DNA of 62,922 nt, filler included, from Dirinaria sp. TL-2023a (Eukaryota), in the NCBI GenBank assembly GCA_051941275.1. It is 45 parts of 45 records of this genome, joined end to end, with 100 filler letters (N's around TTAATTAATTAA, not from the genome) between each part and the next. Parts side by side here need not be neighbours in the genome. Positions count along the whole stretch, not along the records: positions 49,184 to 50,471 come from JAVEBF010002836.1; positions 50,572 to 51,858 come from JAVEBF010002837.1; positions 51,959 to 53,245 come from JAVEBF010002838.1; positions 53,346 to 54,632 come from JAVEBF010002839.1; positions 54,733 to 56,017 come from JAVEBF010002840.1; positions 56,118 to 57,401 come from JAVEBF010002841.1; positions 57,502 to 58,783 come from JAVEBF010002842.1; positions 58,884 to 60,164 come from JAVEBF010002843.1; 37 more parts are not named here. One strand, given 5' to 3'. The notes under the pieces were generated by a model. The model had not been told where the DNA came from. It did no database searches and worked only from the letters and a program-made list of their open reading frames with translations. The translations under genes were made by a program, and so were the position numbers. Shown one piece after another: positions 50,017 to 62,922 of the stretch (position 1 is the stretch's first letter; each line of letters begins with the position of its first letter).

Positions 50017-51958
50017 CAGAGCAAGTCAATGCAGATATAGTTTACTAAGATATTATCACTAAGGAAGGAAGAAGAAGGAAAACTAGATACAATAGGGGGT
50101 CCCGGGTATATATGCGTGTGTGCGGGTGTCGGATAAACACCCCGGTCGGGATAGCGCATTACCCCTGAGAACCCTGAGAGGTGTTGCCCCAGGTAGTATA
50201 CCAGGTGCATGCTCGTAACAACATTCGTGAGACTCTCGAAAATTGAGTCGAATATCAATGACATCGCGCGAAACTCGAGATTCGCATTTATTTCAAAATG
50301 AACGAGTCGAAAAAAAATTTCGTTGATTTTAACGATCGTCGATTGATTCGATGTGCGAAAACTCTGTTAACGTCCAAGAAAAAAAAGATTAACAAATTTT
50401 TCGCACATCGAGTTGATCGAGATCGTGCATGATCGATCGAATTCGCGTCGAATTTCGTGCGAAAAAAAAAANNNNNNNNNNNNNNNNNNNNNNNNNNNNN
50501 NNNNNNNNNNNNNNNTTAATTAATTAANNNNNNNNNNNNNNNNNNNNNNNNNNNNNNNNNNNNNNNNNNNNTTATGATAGATGTCAAGATAGATAGATTT
50601 AAACTCACAATCAAAATAATTTTCGTAGAATGTGCGCTATTTAGAGAACAATTGATGATAGATTATAAGATTAAGAGGATAAGTCAAATCAAAAGCAGCT
50701 TCAGAAGCCACATTATCGAGGGTTTTTGATTATTTTAATGACACGGAAACATCACTCGCACTATTCAAGAGCTCGTGTTTGAAAAGAGGAAATAAGAACA
50801 GATACAGATACACGAGAATGATTGCATGATTTGTCAGATTCTCTTGATGTCTATCATTCGATACTCATTTTCAAAGACATTCAGAAAATACAGTCGTGGC
50901 GACATCTACAATGAGAACGATGTTTTTCGCAATCACAGAAGCATCCTCAATTGGACTCGTCTAAGTAGTACTTAAATAACAGCGTCTTTACCAATTTCAC
51001 GGGTTTCTGAAAAACTGTAATCAGAAAATTAAACTCAATAGGCATCTTATCTTGCATAACTCATACAAGCTTGTTGAAATTTCTATAAGAGTCTACACGA
51101 TGTCTAAATCCTGGACTTTTTCACTCTTTGATTGCTTCAATTCTATGGAGACATGTGAGTTGCATGAATGAGATGTACTTGCAGAAGTTGAACCCTTAAC
51201 CAAAAATTTCAGGTTGTCTCTTCACATGATGTCCTTGCATCCTGTACGGCAAAACCCAAGAACGGAGATCAGAAAAAAAGGACACTGAGCTGTGTGTGAA
51301 AATGGTAATTTACAGTCTCCTTCCTTCCCTCTGAATCTATATATATCATTTGGCGCTGCTCCCTAACTCTATTCTTTAGGGGTTATGTTGTTGCATTCTC
51401 TCTTGCTGCAGTCTTCAGCCTTTTCTACAATGCGTCACCCGCGGCGGCATGCGCCGCGAGTACGATATCGATAGTAATTCGTGCAATGACTGTCTTGTCT
51501 CTTGATGCTGTTCTTGCTGTGTGTTAGTACAGGAAGAGAAAGAGGCGAGAGAAAGAGAGCGCTTGCAAGGTGATGAACAAGGATACATTAGCCATCAGGA
51601 AATGAGTTACGTGCCTCAGTAGTATGTGGAAGGTTACTTTTGCTTGCAATACTAGTCGATTACTATATAGGAATAAATGGCCTTAACTTTATTTACTAAG
51701 ATGATCTTCCGATATCTGTACTTTTTCGCAGAGCCATTTTGATGTATTTCCAATTTCCAGAAGTGGTTCGGGTCGCCTTGGGAGAACTCGCTGGGACAGC
51801 ATTCCTCCCGGCCAGCAGTTGACATTCTGCCACGACGGTACTCTGAACGAGTACTCTCNNNNNNNNNNNNNNNNNNNNNNNNNNNNNNNNNNNNNNNNNN
51901 NNTTAATTAATTAANNNNNNNNNNNNNNNNNNNNNNNNNNNNNNNNNNNNNNNNNNNN

Positions 51959-53245
51959 CATTCCATCTTTGCTGCAGACCAGATGGTCTACTGAGAGAAA
52001 AGCCGAAAATCTGGCTATCTCTATGAGCTCTCCTTGAGTTCTATGGAAAAGATTGACGGAACCATTGTCATGGCTCACGTAAAAAAGCATGCTGGTTGAG
52101 GCGGTTGCCATCGCGATTATAGCATCATTCGTCACGACGTAGGCTTCAGACATATGAGAAAATGATGTTGATGTCTGATAGTCGCTTGCGGTGTCACTAG
52201 CGATGTCGCCGGTCTCGGAAGCTCGAATCAGACTGTTGGGTTCCCAGACATTGATTGTATTCCATCTGAGATCGTAGAACCGCATGCAATTGGGACTGAA
52301 GGCAAGTCCACTAACAAGGTCCTCGGAAGAGAGCTGGTAGATCGCACTAAAAAAAGCAAAACTCCAGACCTTGACCGTACCGTTGCTGTCGCTTGTGAGA
52401 AACAGCTTGCCATCAGGACTGACTTGGATCTCATGTGCGAACATGGTCACCTCTTGATATTCATCATCAAGGGGGTTCCACTTGAAAACGGAGCCCGTCT
52501 TGCACAGCCCTACGAGGTGATCTGACACCGGGTTCCAGGACATCCGATGGACCGCCATCAACCCATCGGTTGGTTGGCACCTGCCGATCAGTCTAGGTTC
52601 GCTCGTGTCCCAAACGGATAAAGGGTATCTACTGTAACCCACTGCAATACGGCTTGTGTTCGAATTGAAAGCCATGCATGAGGGGGGAGTGATGACGCCA
52701 CCATCCACAGGGTCCTTTTCCTGTAACAATCGATGGTTCATTACATGCCAACGGTCTTCAACCTCATCAACGCATATACTTCGGAGTAGCTCGTCATCAG
52801 ATCCAATGATAATCTTGGTGTCATTCTCAGTAAATGTGATGGTGAGCGCTCGACTGCCGTCTGGGTTCGGTACATTAGCGATCAGTTGACCAGAAGGTAT
52901 AGCCCAGATTTTCGTCGTTTGGGAGCCGTAGGAGACCAGTTTATCGCATCTGCTATTGAAGCATAGTTGTGAAATGGGCTCTCCATGACGCATCGTACAT
53001 AGTTCCTCGAAATTGACCGAGTTCCAGAGCACTATGGACCCTGTAGAGCTCAGCACTGCAATATGACAGCCTGCACATGCAATTTGCGAAGCGTTTGCGC
53101 CGTGACGTAACGGTAATTTAGCTAGACAATCATGCCACACTGCGTTCGAGGTGCCACGGACAGACAGTGCTGAAGATTCACGTTGCGCAAATTGCTGAAA
53201 AATAGCCGAGCTTCGGGGACAAAGTGCGGGCACTATCTTGTAGAC
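51959..53245 (-). CDS. WD40-repeat region, probably of a NACHT-WD (NLR-like) protein, internal fragment
   Basis: Open across the contig; SPDGKLFLTSDSNGTVKVW, TTKIWAI and LSVWD repeats. NACHT is inferred, not seen. Confidence 0.82.
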
Positions 53246-53345
53246 NNNNNNNNNNNNNNNNNNNNNNNNNNNNNNNNNNNNNNNNNNNNTTAATTAATTA
53301 ANNNNNNNNNNNNNNNNNNNNNNNNNNNNNNNNNNNNNNNNNNNN

Positions 53346-53969
53346 ATCGTAATGCGTCTCTGTCGATATTGTTCAAAATTCGAGAAACGATGCTGTGTGA
53401 GCGACGATGCGAAAAAATGCGTCGAATGTATTCGTCAGACAATCTCGTGCGATCTGATCTCTCTTAACGTGACGAAATGAAAAAGATTGAAAATGTTAGA
53501 ATCGATGCAGAGCAAGTCAATGCAGATATAGTTAACTAAGAATATTATCACTAAGAAAGAAAAGAAGAAGAAGAGAAGCTAGATACAATGAGGATTTCAG
53601 ATATATACGCGTGCGGATGTCGCGTATCCCGATCGAGTTAGCGCATTATCTCTGAGAATTCTGAGAGATGTTGCCTCAGATAATATATCAGATGCATGCT
53701 CGTAACAGAAAACACAACGAAGAAAGTTGAAACAAGAGCTGCGCGAGACATATGTCAAACAGCAACGTCTGATGAAACAGCTTAATCTGATTGAAGAGCA
53801 ACAACAGATGATAGTCAAGAATGAATATCGAAATATCGCGACGTTAAAGAATAAAAAGAAAACGATTCAAAGAAATTTTATCTTTGATTTTTTCGAGATG
53901 TCTGCTTCAGATTCTCTGATTGACGTCGCGTCGAAGCAATTAATTTTTCTCGATTTTGATGACAATTGA
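53346..53969 (+). pseudogene. Zn(II)2Cys6 + coiled-coil ORF antisense to a chromovirus, split by solo LTR-B (53494-53707, TSD GAAAA)
   Basis: CRYCSKFEKRCCVSDDAKKCVECIRQTISC fits C-x2-C-x6-C-x8-C-x2-C-x6-C. Confidence 0.8.
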
Positions 53970-53989
53970 TCGTTTATCTCTCTTGCTCT

Positions 53990-54632
53990 CTTTAATAAAA
54001 TTCTCACAAAAGATTCTGACAGTTTTTAAGATTCTTAAATGATTTTCACGTGTTGTTTTTCGTAGATCATTCTTTTTATTTAACAAAATATTTCTGATCT
54101 CTCTGTTTCAGTATTTTTTCGATTTCGAATTCGTTTTTCTTTTGTGATTCGAAAGAAAAGATGTTCTGTATAAACGTACTGAGATCGACTGATTTTAATA
54201 ACGATATATGAAATACATTGTAAATTCGTGCGTTTTTTAACAATTTCAGTTCAAACGTTATCGATTCTTTGACTCGTTTAATGAAAAATGATCCGATCTT
54301 AACATGATTAAGTTTTTTGCTTGATTTTCTAATTTTTAGATTTTTGATCAACAAATAGATTTTATCTCTTTTTTTCAGTTGAGATGTCATTTTTCTTTTT
54401 TTGTTTTGATAACAGAATGATCGATTCTGCATTTTAACGATGTTTTCATGTATTTTTCTAAATGTTTCGACTCTTTTTTTCGTCGCATTCGTAAACACGT
54501 TTGTTTTCTGATGTTCGAATAAATCTGATTCTCTGTCATAATTCGCAAAGAATGAAATCGTTTTCGTAATATCGAAATGCTTTGAGTTGAGTGTCAATTG
54601 TATCATAAATAACAACGATATTCAATTACTAT
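53990..54632 (-). mobile_element. Degraded Gypsy integrase C-terminus and chromodomain
   Basis: SKKLNHVKIGSF (GPF motif), VFHISLLK, EFEIEKILKQRDQKYFVK. Confidence 0.9.
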
Positions 54633-54732
54633 NNNNNNNNNNNNNNNNNNNNNNNNNNNNNNNNNNNNNNNNNNNNTTAATTAATTAANNNNNNNNNNNN
54701 NNNNNNNNNNNNNNNNNNNNNNNNNNNNNNNN

Positions 54733-56017
54733 GGAGTTGAGCCAAGAAGAGCTGGAGGTTCTCAGGCGGATACAGATGAACGAAATCCCCGAAGGAGGTT
54801 ACGACCCGTACCAACCTACGGTGGAATACTTCACGAGCAAGACAGAGATTATGCCTTTGAGCGCTGCACCAGAGCCGAAGAGACGATTCGTTCCCTCGAA
54901 GCATGAGGCAAAACGAGTGATGAAGATTGTTCGTGCGATCAGAGAAGGACGGATTTTACCTTATAAACCCCCAGCAGAGGAGGACGAAGCAGATCCCGCT
55001 ATCAAAAGGTACGATATCTGGGCAAATGAAGTCCCCCGGCCTGACCATCCAATGAATGTCCCTGCACCCAAATTACCCCCTCCAGGCTATGAAGAAAGCT
55101 ATCACCCGCCCCCAGAGTATCTTCCTGACCGCGCTGAGAAGCGGGCGTGGGACGAGGCGGACGAGGAAGACAGAGACAAAGACTTTCTGCCTACGAATCA
55201 CGATTCATTACGGAAAGTACCTGGTTACGAGAAATTTGTCAAGGAGAAATTCGAACGTTGTCTGGATCTTTATCTTGCCCCTCGCGTTCGAAGAAGCAAA
55301 ATGAACATCGATCCCGAGACTTTGTTACCGAAACTACCCAATCCGAATGAGCTGAAACCTTTCCCAACAACTTGCGGTATTGTCTACCGTGGCCATGATG
55401 GTCGCGTCCGCAGCTTATCGATAGATCCATCAGGTACCCTGTTGGCTAGTGGTGGTGACGACGGTACTGTTCGGATCTGGGACTTGCGGACAGGTTACCA
55501 AAAATGGTCTGTCAAATTGACGAGTGACGAAGCCGTTAATGTCGTGCGATGGCGACCTGGTACTGAGACTTGCATCCTTGCAGCTGCAGCTGGGGAACAG
55601 CTACACATCATTGTGCCGCAACTCGTTGCTCCAGAAAGGGAGGGTGGCAGCTCGGAGATTTTGAGCCGCAGCCGAGAGTGTGTCGACGCTGGTTGGGGTT
55701 ATGCTGCCAATACTACAAACGGTCTTCCTCAGAAGGAGCCCGCAGCGCAGTGGACACGTCCATCGAGCAAACTGCAAGATGCCGGCGTACTTGTGAAAGT
55801 GCGCCTCAGCAAGACCATCAAAACGATTTCGTGGCACCGGCGGGGAGAGTACTTCGCCACGGTATCGCCTCAAGGGCAGAGGCATGCAGTCGCCATTCAC
55901 ACACTCTCCAAACATCTAACACAGCTCCCATTCCGTCAACTGAAAGGTCTCGCCCAGGCTGCTCATTTCCATCCTTTGAAACCTATCTTTTTCGTAGCCA
56001 CTCAACGCACGATACGA
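54733..56017 (+). CDS. ERB1: Ribosome biogenesis protein Erb1/BOP1, internal fragment
   Basis: [41 protein letters not shown], then WD40 repeats. Confidence 0.96.
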
Positions 56018-57864
56018 NNNNNNNNNNNNNNNNNNNNNNNNNNNNNNNNNNNNNNNNNNNNTTAATTAATTAANNNNNNNNNNNNNNNNNNNNNNNNNNN
56101 NNNNNNNNNNNNNNNNNAAGCAAAGGTGGTGTATATGTAAAGAGGGGATGGAGTAGCTATAGTAGTTATATATTCTTATTCAGCGTTTCTCTGCATCCGT
56201 TGAACGCATCTGTTTTCAGTTGCTTGGCCGATACGGAATCTTCGAACTCTGAGATGACTACTCGTTGCCCCCCAGAATAGGCAAAGAGATTCTTGAACGG
56301 ATTCGTCTCAACATTCGATTAAAATGAGTGGGTAGGTGGAACCATTAAGTACTAATGACGAAAGCCAGCTGATAGTACAAATTTTATTCCCCTGACGATA
56401 AGCTACTAGAGATCCCTTACGCCAGGTATCTACAACATACAAAGCATCGGATATGGAGAAAAGCTATCAGTTAATTATATTGTTAATAGTTTTAGACGAG
56501 ACATAATATCTCATCCTGGTTCAATGTCTGCAAATCTCGAAAGTACGGTGGTTACGTACCTAAAGCCATGAAACGATATGGACGATGGAGGGATTCGTTC
56601 ATAGATCCGGGGAATCCTAACTGGCCGCTTAACACAGGCTTAGCGAGAATGGGGCAACTATGTTTAGGAGGTAAGACTTCTGCCTTGTATACATCAGAGG
56701 TCGTGACAAGCAGGACGAAGGGACACTAAGACCAGTCTCCATTAATCTCCGGTGATTTGCCTTTTTGTAAAACTGTTGCGCTAGAAGAACAGACGAGAAT
56801 TATTTTTTTAGGTAAAACTTATTCGTATCCGTAATTCTTATTCGTACCCGCGCTAGGAGAAACCTTCCGCCGACACGAACCTAATCGGGTAAAAACACCT
56901 CCACCATATCCAAAATTTCTGTATAATTTAGATGTCTTTCCAGATATTTTTCCAGGGAAATATCTGGGAAGTTTTTGACAAGCAAGCTGACTGATTCCTA
57001 AAAAAATCTGAGTGGAAATGTCTGCTAATTTTATCAAGCGACCGTCAAAGCAAAAATTTACAAGTCGTTATTGATCTATAATATCTGCGCATTGGATTTA
57101 GCAGTACTTTCTACTCGGTTTTTTCAGGAGATAATAAACTCACATTTCATTGCTCTACGTAATTATTTAGACAAGTACAGATGTAGATGCAGGTGCAGAC
57201 AATAAGGTAGATGTGTGCGCGCAATTTTTCTGGTGCTTGGTGTTTTAGTAAGGTAAGGTACGAGGTACCTGAATAATTTAGTGATAATTCTGCGACAATC
57301 CTGAAGTTTCTCCTAGTGCGGGTACAACTATGGTACAAATAAGTACTCCCATGATAACCCTGCGACAACCCTATAGTTTCTCGGGCTTGGCGGATAGGAA
57401 TNNNNNNNNNNNNNNNNNNNNNNNNNNNNNNNNNNNNNNNNNNNNTTAATTAATTAANNNNNNNNNNNNNNNNNNNNNNNNNNNNNNNNNNNNNNNNNNN
57501 NAAGGGGTGCAGAGGGCGATTGAGGTGCTGGAGGAGTTGGTGGCTAGAGGGTGGGATTTGAATCGGTGAGTTCGAGAGGATTCTTTTTCAGATTGCGAAA
57601 GGTTTCATGACTCTCAATGTTGTTTTCATCCTTTTGCAATGATTCCTTTCGGCCATATTTTTTTCGCGAAATCCCTTGTTCGATGAATGAATTGCAGGGT
57701 ATGCTATGGGATGAGGTTACCATCTCCTTCATCCTCCATCTGGCGTACCATCCCGTGCACAGATCATACGATAATATTATATTACCGTATCCCCATCGAT
57801 GCACGTAGGCTACTCTCTGGCAATCAAGCGAGAACAGAACTCTGACCCTTCCTTCTTTTCTCAA

Positions 57865-58746
57865 GCACCAACGATCAAAACCCAGAACCTCTGATTTTCT
57901 TCGCCATCCGCTCTGAGCCTCTCGCGCGCTGGTGCATTGCCCACGGCGCCAATCTCGACATCGAGCCTCCTCTCACTTCTCTCACAGAAGAAATCGCCCT
58001 GCATGGCTCGCTTGCTACGCTGAAGCTCGTGCTCGAACATGGGGCTCCGCTGGGGAGGAGGACGCTGCATCGGGCGGTGTGCAGTGCGGTGAGTCTTGCT
58101 TTGCACTCGCATAAATCCTCGCTCGTGGATAAGAGATCAATTTCTTAACGATAGGGGAGCAAACTGCGAAATACGTCTAATCTTGATCTCATAACAGGCA
58201 GGTTCCCCTCTGGAGAAAAGGGAGGAAAGAATGGCCATCGTCAAATACCTAATCGACGAGAAAGGCGTCGATGTCAATCAAATGGATGTCCCCGACGGAG
58301 CACAATACTCCAACCATTGGGGTGTGCCTATTACCTACGTAGCCCGTGGAGGAGTACCCGATGAAGAAGATGGGGAGGTGGAGGTTGTGAGGTGGTTGCT
58401 TGAGGTGCGTTGACTATCTCTTTTCTTTTTTATTCTACTCTTTTTTCAGCGTGCATTTGAGTGGGGAATGGTGGGGGCGGGAAAAAGGGAGGCAGGCGGG
58501 AAAAGGGGAAGCAGAGGGTTTTAGGCTGTGAAAGCGTGGGGTCTTAGATGCAGCTCTGGAAGTCAGAGGTAAAGCGAATGACTAACCCCAGAGTCGATAC
58601 AGAAAGGCGCAAACCCCCACATCAAAGACTGCTGGGATCTGAGTGACGCGGTGGGAGCTGCAAAACACTATGGAAATCACAAGGTGCTGAGGGTTTTGAG
58701 GGAGTGGGAGGAGCAGCATGGGAAGACAGACGTGAAGGAGGATTGA
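57865..58746 (+). CDS. Spliced ankyrin-repeat protein; 5' end uncertain
   Basis: Exons give WCIAHGANLD...LKLVLEHGA..TLHRAV | IVKYLIDEKGVDVN...VVRWLLE | KGANPHIKD...; GT-AG introns ~58089-58197 and ~58405-58602. Confidence 0.78.
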
Positions 58747-59710
58747 TCTGCTATTCTTTCATGCCTATTATCATCGATTGGACNNNNNNNNNNNNNNNNN
58801 NNNNNNNNNNNNNNNNNNNNNNNNNNNTTAATTAATTAANNNNNNNNNNNNNNNNNNNNNNNNNNNNNNNNNNNNNNNNNNNNATTCGATTCCTTCGAGT
58901 GAAGGCATGGCTCTCCCGACCATCTTGAGTTCTGAGACAAAACTTACATGAAACCCTCTGCTTTCTCCTACATTAGTGTTGCACGTATTCATTTATCGTG
59001 ATGAGAGTCATGATTGCACAGAAACCTGAGGAGACAGAGTACTAAATCCCACATTCATTGAATGTATCACTATATCATCGTTCCTTTATGCTACTCTTCC
59101 TTTCTTTTCCGTGGTGTTGGGGGAATGAATCATCCTCAACATTTTTAACTCCGAAACCAAAGGATCAATCACAAAAGCTTCCATGTTCCACGTTTCGAGT
59201 GATTGAATCAGCAGTACCGGTGACTCTTTGTTGTTCATGAATTTTCGATGACTCTTACAACACCGCCCTCCCATGATATTTAAACGCTGCTTGGTGTCCG
59301 TTTTTCCTTCTTTCTTTCTTCCTACAAAATATACTACATATACCAAACAAAACCGCTACTCTTCCCTCCCAATCTTCTACTCAACAGGAGAAGTCTACTG
59401 CACGGGCAGGACCTTTCGTAAGCTTCTTCTTGACGAAGTCTCTTCTGAGTTTCAGCGGTCCAATGACCAAGGGGCGTCTGCTGGACAGACTGTAAGTTCA
59501 AAACTTTCCCTCGTCAAGTCACCTCTCATATGTGGCAGTCCAGTGTGTACACATCGGTCTCTGAAATCACATCGTGGGGTTACATGCCCATCTTTTCGAA
59601 GGAGGAGGACTCCGCTGGACGGACGGTCAATTCCAAAGCATCTCTATTAATGATGATCTTCTAACGGGTTTCAGTGCTCCTCCGAGACAAATCAGATTAC
59701 GGACAAGAGC

Positions 59711-59957
59711 ACGGACAAGTCCAAGGACGATTCCAAGGACAAGAGTGCGGCTGGTCCCGTACCACTTGATCCACAAAAAGTGCAGAGCCCCATGTTCCTA
59801 CAGAAGGAGGAGGAGCTGTACGGAGACAGCAAAGACCCCAGATCCGAAGACGGACAAGTCTACGGACGAGTCCAAGGACAAGAGTGCGGCTGGTCCCGTA
59901 CTGCTTGATCCAAAAAAGGGGAGAGCCCCAAGTTCCTACAGAAGGAGGAAGAGCTGG
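59711..59957 (+). repeat. Imperfect direct repeat (~108-bp unit, 139-bp period)
   Basis: TCCAAGGACAAGAGTGCGGCTGGTCCCGTAC...GTTCCTACAGAAGGAGGA occurs twice. Confidence 0.85.
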
Positions 59958-60264
59958 AGCGTCACCGCCAGAAGCCTACTACGATCATCAGCCATATTTC
60001 GCTCTTGGTTTATAAATACATTTATCAACACAAACACTAGACACAAACACCTTCTCTCAGCAAGGATTTGAAGATGTGCTGAATACAGCACAAAAAAATA
60101 ATCGGCTAAAACGGTTCCGAGGGAAGAGAAGAAGGAGGTACGTGTCCTCATTCGTGTAAATCTANNNNNNNNNNNNNNNNNNNNNNNNNNNNNNNNNNNN
60201 NNNNNNNNTTAATTAATTAANNNNNNNNNNNNNNNNNNNNNNNNNNNNNNNNNNNNNNNNNNNN

Positions 60265-60800
60265 GAAGTAACGATAAAATTGAGTTCGTTGTGCGTTGCA
60301 GAGACATCGTTAGCTTCGTCTTGCGACGCATTTGCGATGTTATTTTCTTCTTCAGCGACAGTGTTGAGTTGATCATTCGAATTTGTAGATTCTGACGACT
60401 CCGAAGTGTGTCGCTGACGAAGTTGTTGACGTGTCGTGCGATCGCTCTCAGTAAACATCGTTTCATCGAGCAACTTCGTGCAGACGAAGTTATTAAAATT
60501 GTGAGATGAAGAGCCTCGTTCAGAGAAACTGCGTAATAGAAGCGAAGTTACAGACGAGATACAAACACATCGCGTGAACGCGAACGACGATTCTTGCTAA
60601 TGAGTGCGAGAGACAAAAGAGCAGATTGCTTCTATTGCTAAAACTAATAACTAAGAAGATCAAAAGAAGTGAGCGATCTCGTTTTCTCATTCAAATACGC
60701 TTGCTTCTCTTTTGCTATCTTGATCTCTAAATTCGATCTCGCGCTAGACTCTATCGAAACGCTCGAGACGAGATTGACGTGACTTTAACTCGCGCTTCAA
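60265..60800 (-). mobile_element. Degraded repeat, possibly a LINE ORF1 5' region
   Basis: CC/GG-depleted composition with ORF remnants; family not recognised. Confidence 0.4.
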
Positions 60801-61645
60801 TAGCAAGCGAGGTCAGTTACCACGAGGACTACGCAGACGATGCTCCGTGCGACGCTCCTGAGGCCAAATTCCCCTAAAGCCATCACATATAGTAACTCAC
60901 AATTCCTCGCTTTTCTTATAGATGTGAGGCAATTAATCACACACATACAAACTGCCAAACATAGATATAATTGACCTCACAAACATCTTCTAAATCTGAC
61001 AGTTATGAGCTCGAATGACGTTTAAATGCTATCTACAATCACACTACACTTAAAGAGTACTGCATAGTTTAGTACTTCCTTGCTCACACGTATACCATCT
61101 ACACTATTTACATCATCATTTACATATCAAGGGTACTGCACTTTCCGATACTATCTTACCCAAACGCACACTCACATTAGTGTTTACACCATACTGCACT
61201 ATCTGCACTTCCTTCCCCCTACACGACTTGCATTTACCTCACCTACGATGTCAGAAATCAAAAGGAAAGTCAAATTGAGCTCTCAAAAGGATTGAGATGT
61301 CTGATTTGTCATAGTTAGGGCAAAAGCTATTGAATATCGAATATGGCCCCTCATCAACGCCGCAACAGTATCAAAGTCAATTGAGAGCATCAGATCTATC
61401 GAGTCGATATTGAATGATATGCGGAGCGCCGACTTCAATGAAAAGAACATCCGCTATAATCATGCTCAGATCAGGTTCAAAAGGGATCTCAAAACCTGAA
61501 AAGAAGAGAAAGAAGCAATGAGCAAAATGATAAGCTATATATACGNNNNNNNNNNNNNNNNNNNNNNNNNNNNNNNNNNNNNNNNNNNNTTAATTAATTA
61601 ANNNNNNNNNNNNNNNNNNNNNNNNNNNNNNNNNNNNNNNNNNNN

Positions 61646-62456
61646 TTCGTCGAAAATGTCGATGAACGATATCGAAGAATTTATTTATTCACTGCTCATC
61701 GAGAAAAACGCTTCAATCACAGAACGAGAGATAATAAAAGCAATACACAAAACGACGTTTGATAAAATTTCGAGAATCAATGAGATCACGAACAGAGCGT
61801 TAAGACAGTTTGCACGCGTCGTTTTGACACAAATAAAATCACTGTTCGAGAGATGCATTCAAAAAAGTGTTCAATCGACGCATTTCAAAAAAATCGTCAT
61901 CATAATATTGCGGAAATCGAACAAAAAAAACTACACAGATTTCTCAGTATATAAATCTATAACTTTTCTCGACACACTAAGCAAGACACTAAAATTTATT
62001 ATCTCGAAACGTCTACGTTACGTCGTCGAGAAACAGAGCACATTATCGAATACGCAGATGAGAATTAAAAAACATCGATGAATGAACACAGCATTACAGC
62101 TCATAACGAAACAAATGCATACGATATGAAACGAAAACAAGAAACGCGTGACATCATTAATAAATCTGAACGTTTTCGAAGCATTCGATAACGTACCGCA
62201 CGTCAGATTGTTTCACAATATGCGTAAACGAAAGATATCGACACGTCTGTTGACATGAGTGAAAGATTTTCTGAAAAAACGTCGAATCACACTGATTATT
62301 GACGATTACACACAAGCGAAACGTCAAATGACAGTTGAAATATCTCAAAAATCTTCGCTCTCATCGATACTCTATCTGTTCTATAACGCAGATTTACTTA
62401 AAATGTGCGACGACATACGATTTCGAACTAGTGTTACAAAATTTGTCGACGATATC
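61646..62456 (+). mobile_element. Degraded LINE (Tad1-like) reverse transcriptase
   Basis: YKSITFLDTLSK, LNVFEAFDNV, EISQKSSLSSILYLFY (from GIPQGSPLSPILY), FVDDI. Confidence 0.93.
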
Positions 62457-62922
62457 TGTAAGGTCGTATGCGCCGGTTACTCGTCGACGCAGTACTGGTG
62501 TGAAAGACGTGACAGTGTAATAGATTATATGACTATCTGATACTGTAGTTTCTGCTAGAACTAATCACTAAGAATCCTCTTCGAAAGAGTGAGTGATTCT
62601 CTATACTTAATCGCGAGCGTCCACATTGCCTCATCATGACGAGCCCCGCGCTGACGAGTCACGAGCGCTCGTAGACACAATGCTTTATAAGCGTCAATCG
62701 CTCACTGATTTCTAGTTAATCTCGAGATTCAATCTTTCGACGCTGACTTCTAGACGACGCTAGTCATGTTTCATATCTCGAAGAATTGTCTCTGAGCACT
62801 CTCGACTGTCAAGCGACGCTAGTCTGCATTGATCAATATATATCAATATATTAAATATCACTGTTATATTTGTTCTCTCTTTTGAGCACTGATCTTCAGT
62901 GCATTTGCGACTTATTTGAAGC
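62457..62922 (-). mobile_element. Family D 3' LTR (62457-62868) plus PPT/internal region, inserted just after the LINE FVDD codons
   Basis: Colinear with 28615-29026 and with the reverse complement of 7929-8395. Confidence 0.92.

Larger units (their letters stand above)
1..62922. other. Concatenation of 45 small contigs joined by ~100-nt N/TTAATTAATTAA spacers
   Basis: The same linker (stops in all six frames) recurs every ~1.4 kb, contig lengths decrease steadily, and content changes abruptly at each spacer. Confidence 0.98.

Overview
This window is not contiguous DNA. It is 45 short contigs (about 1.28-1.33 kb, sorted by decreasing length) joined by artificial N-TTAATTAATTAA-N spacers, so no linkage can be inferred across spacers. 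The source is a filamentous ascomycete (Pezizomycotina), judged from short GT-AG introns with CTAAC/CTGAC branch sites and from fungal gene fragments (Vps5, Erb1, sacsin-like, WD40, ankyrin, F-box, aspartic protease). About half the contigs are transposon debris: Gypsy/chromovirus, Copia, Tad1-like LINEs and at least seven LTR families (my labels A-G), often nested with clean 5-bp TSDs. Main observations: (1) two unrelated non-coding miniature LTR elements (TRIM-like, about 0.5 kb) whose primer-binding site is complementary to their own LTR, both carrying a tRNA T-arm/Pol III B-box just after it; (2) LTR-complementary PBSs in four or five further LTR families, one with a compensatory change; (3) RIP-like C>T hypermutation aimed mainly at CpC/CpT rather than CpA; (4) chromoviruses with an antisense Zn(II)2Cys6 + coiled-coil ORF before the 3' LTR; (5) a divergent, spliced Spo11/Topo VI-A-like TOPRIM gene; (6) a mutated Ulp1-protease gene; (7) a 391-bp-arm retroelement inverted repeat. 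All calls are by eye; no searches were run.
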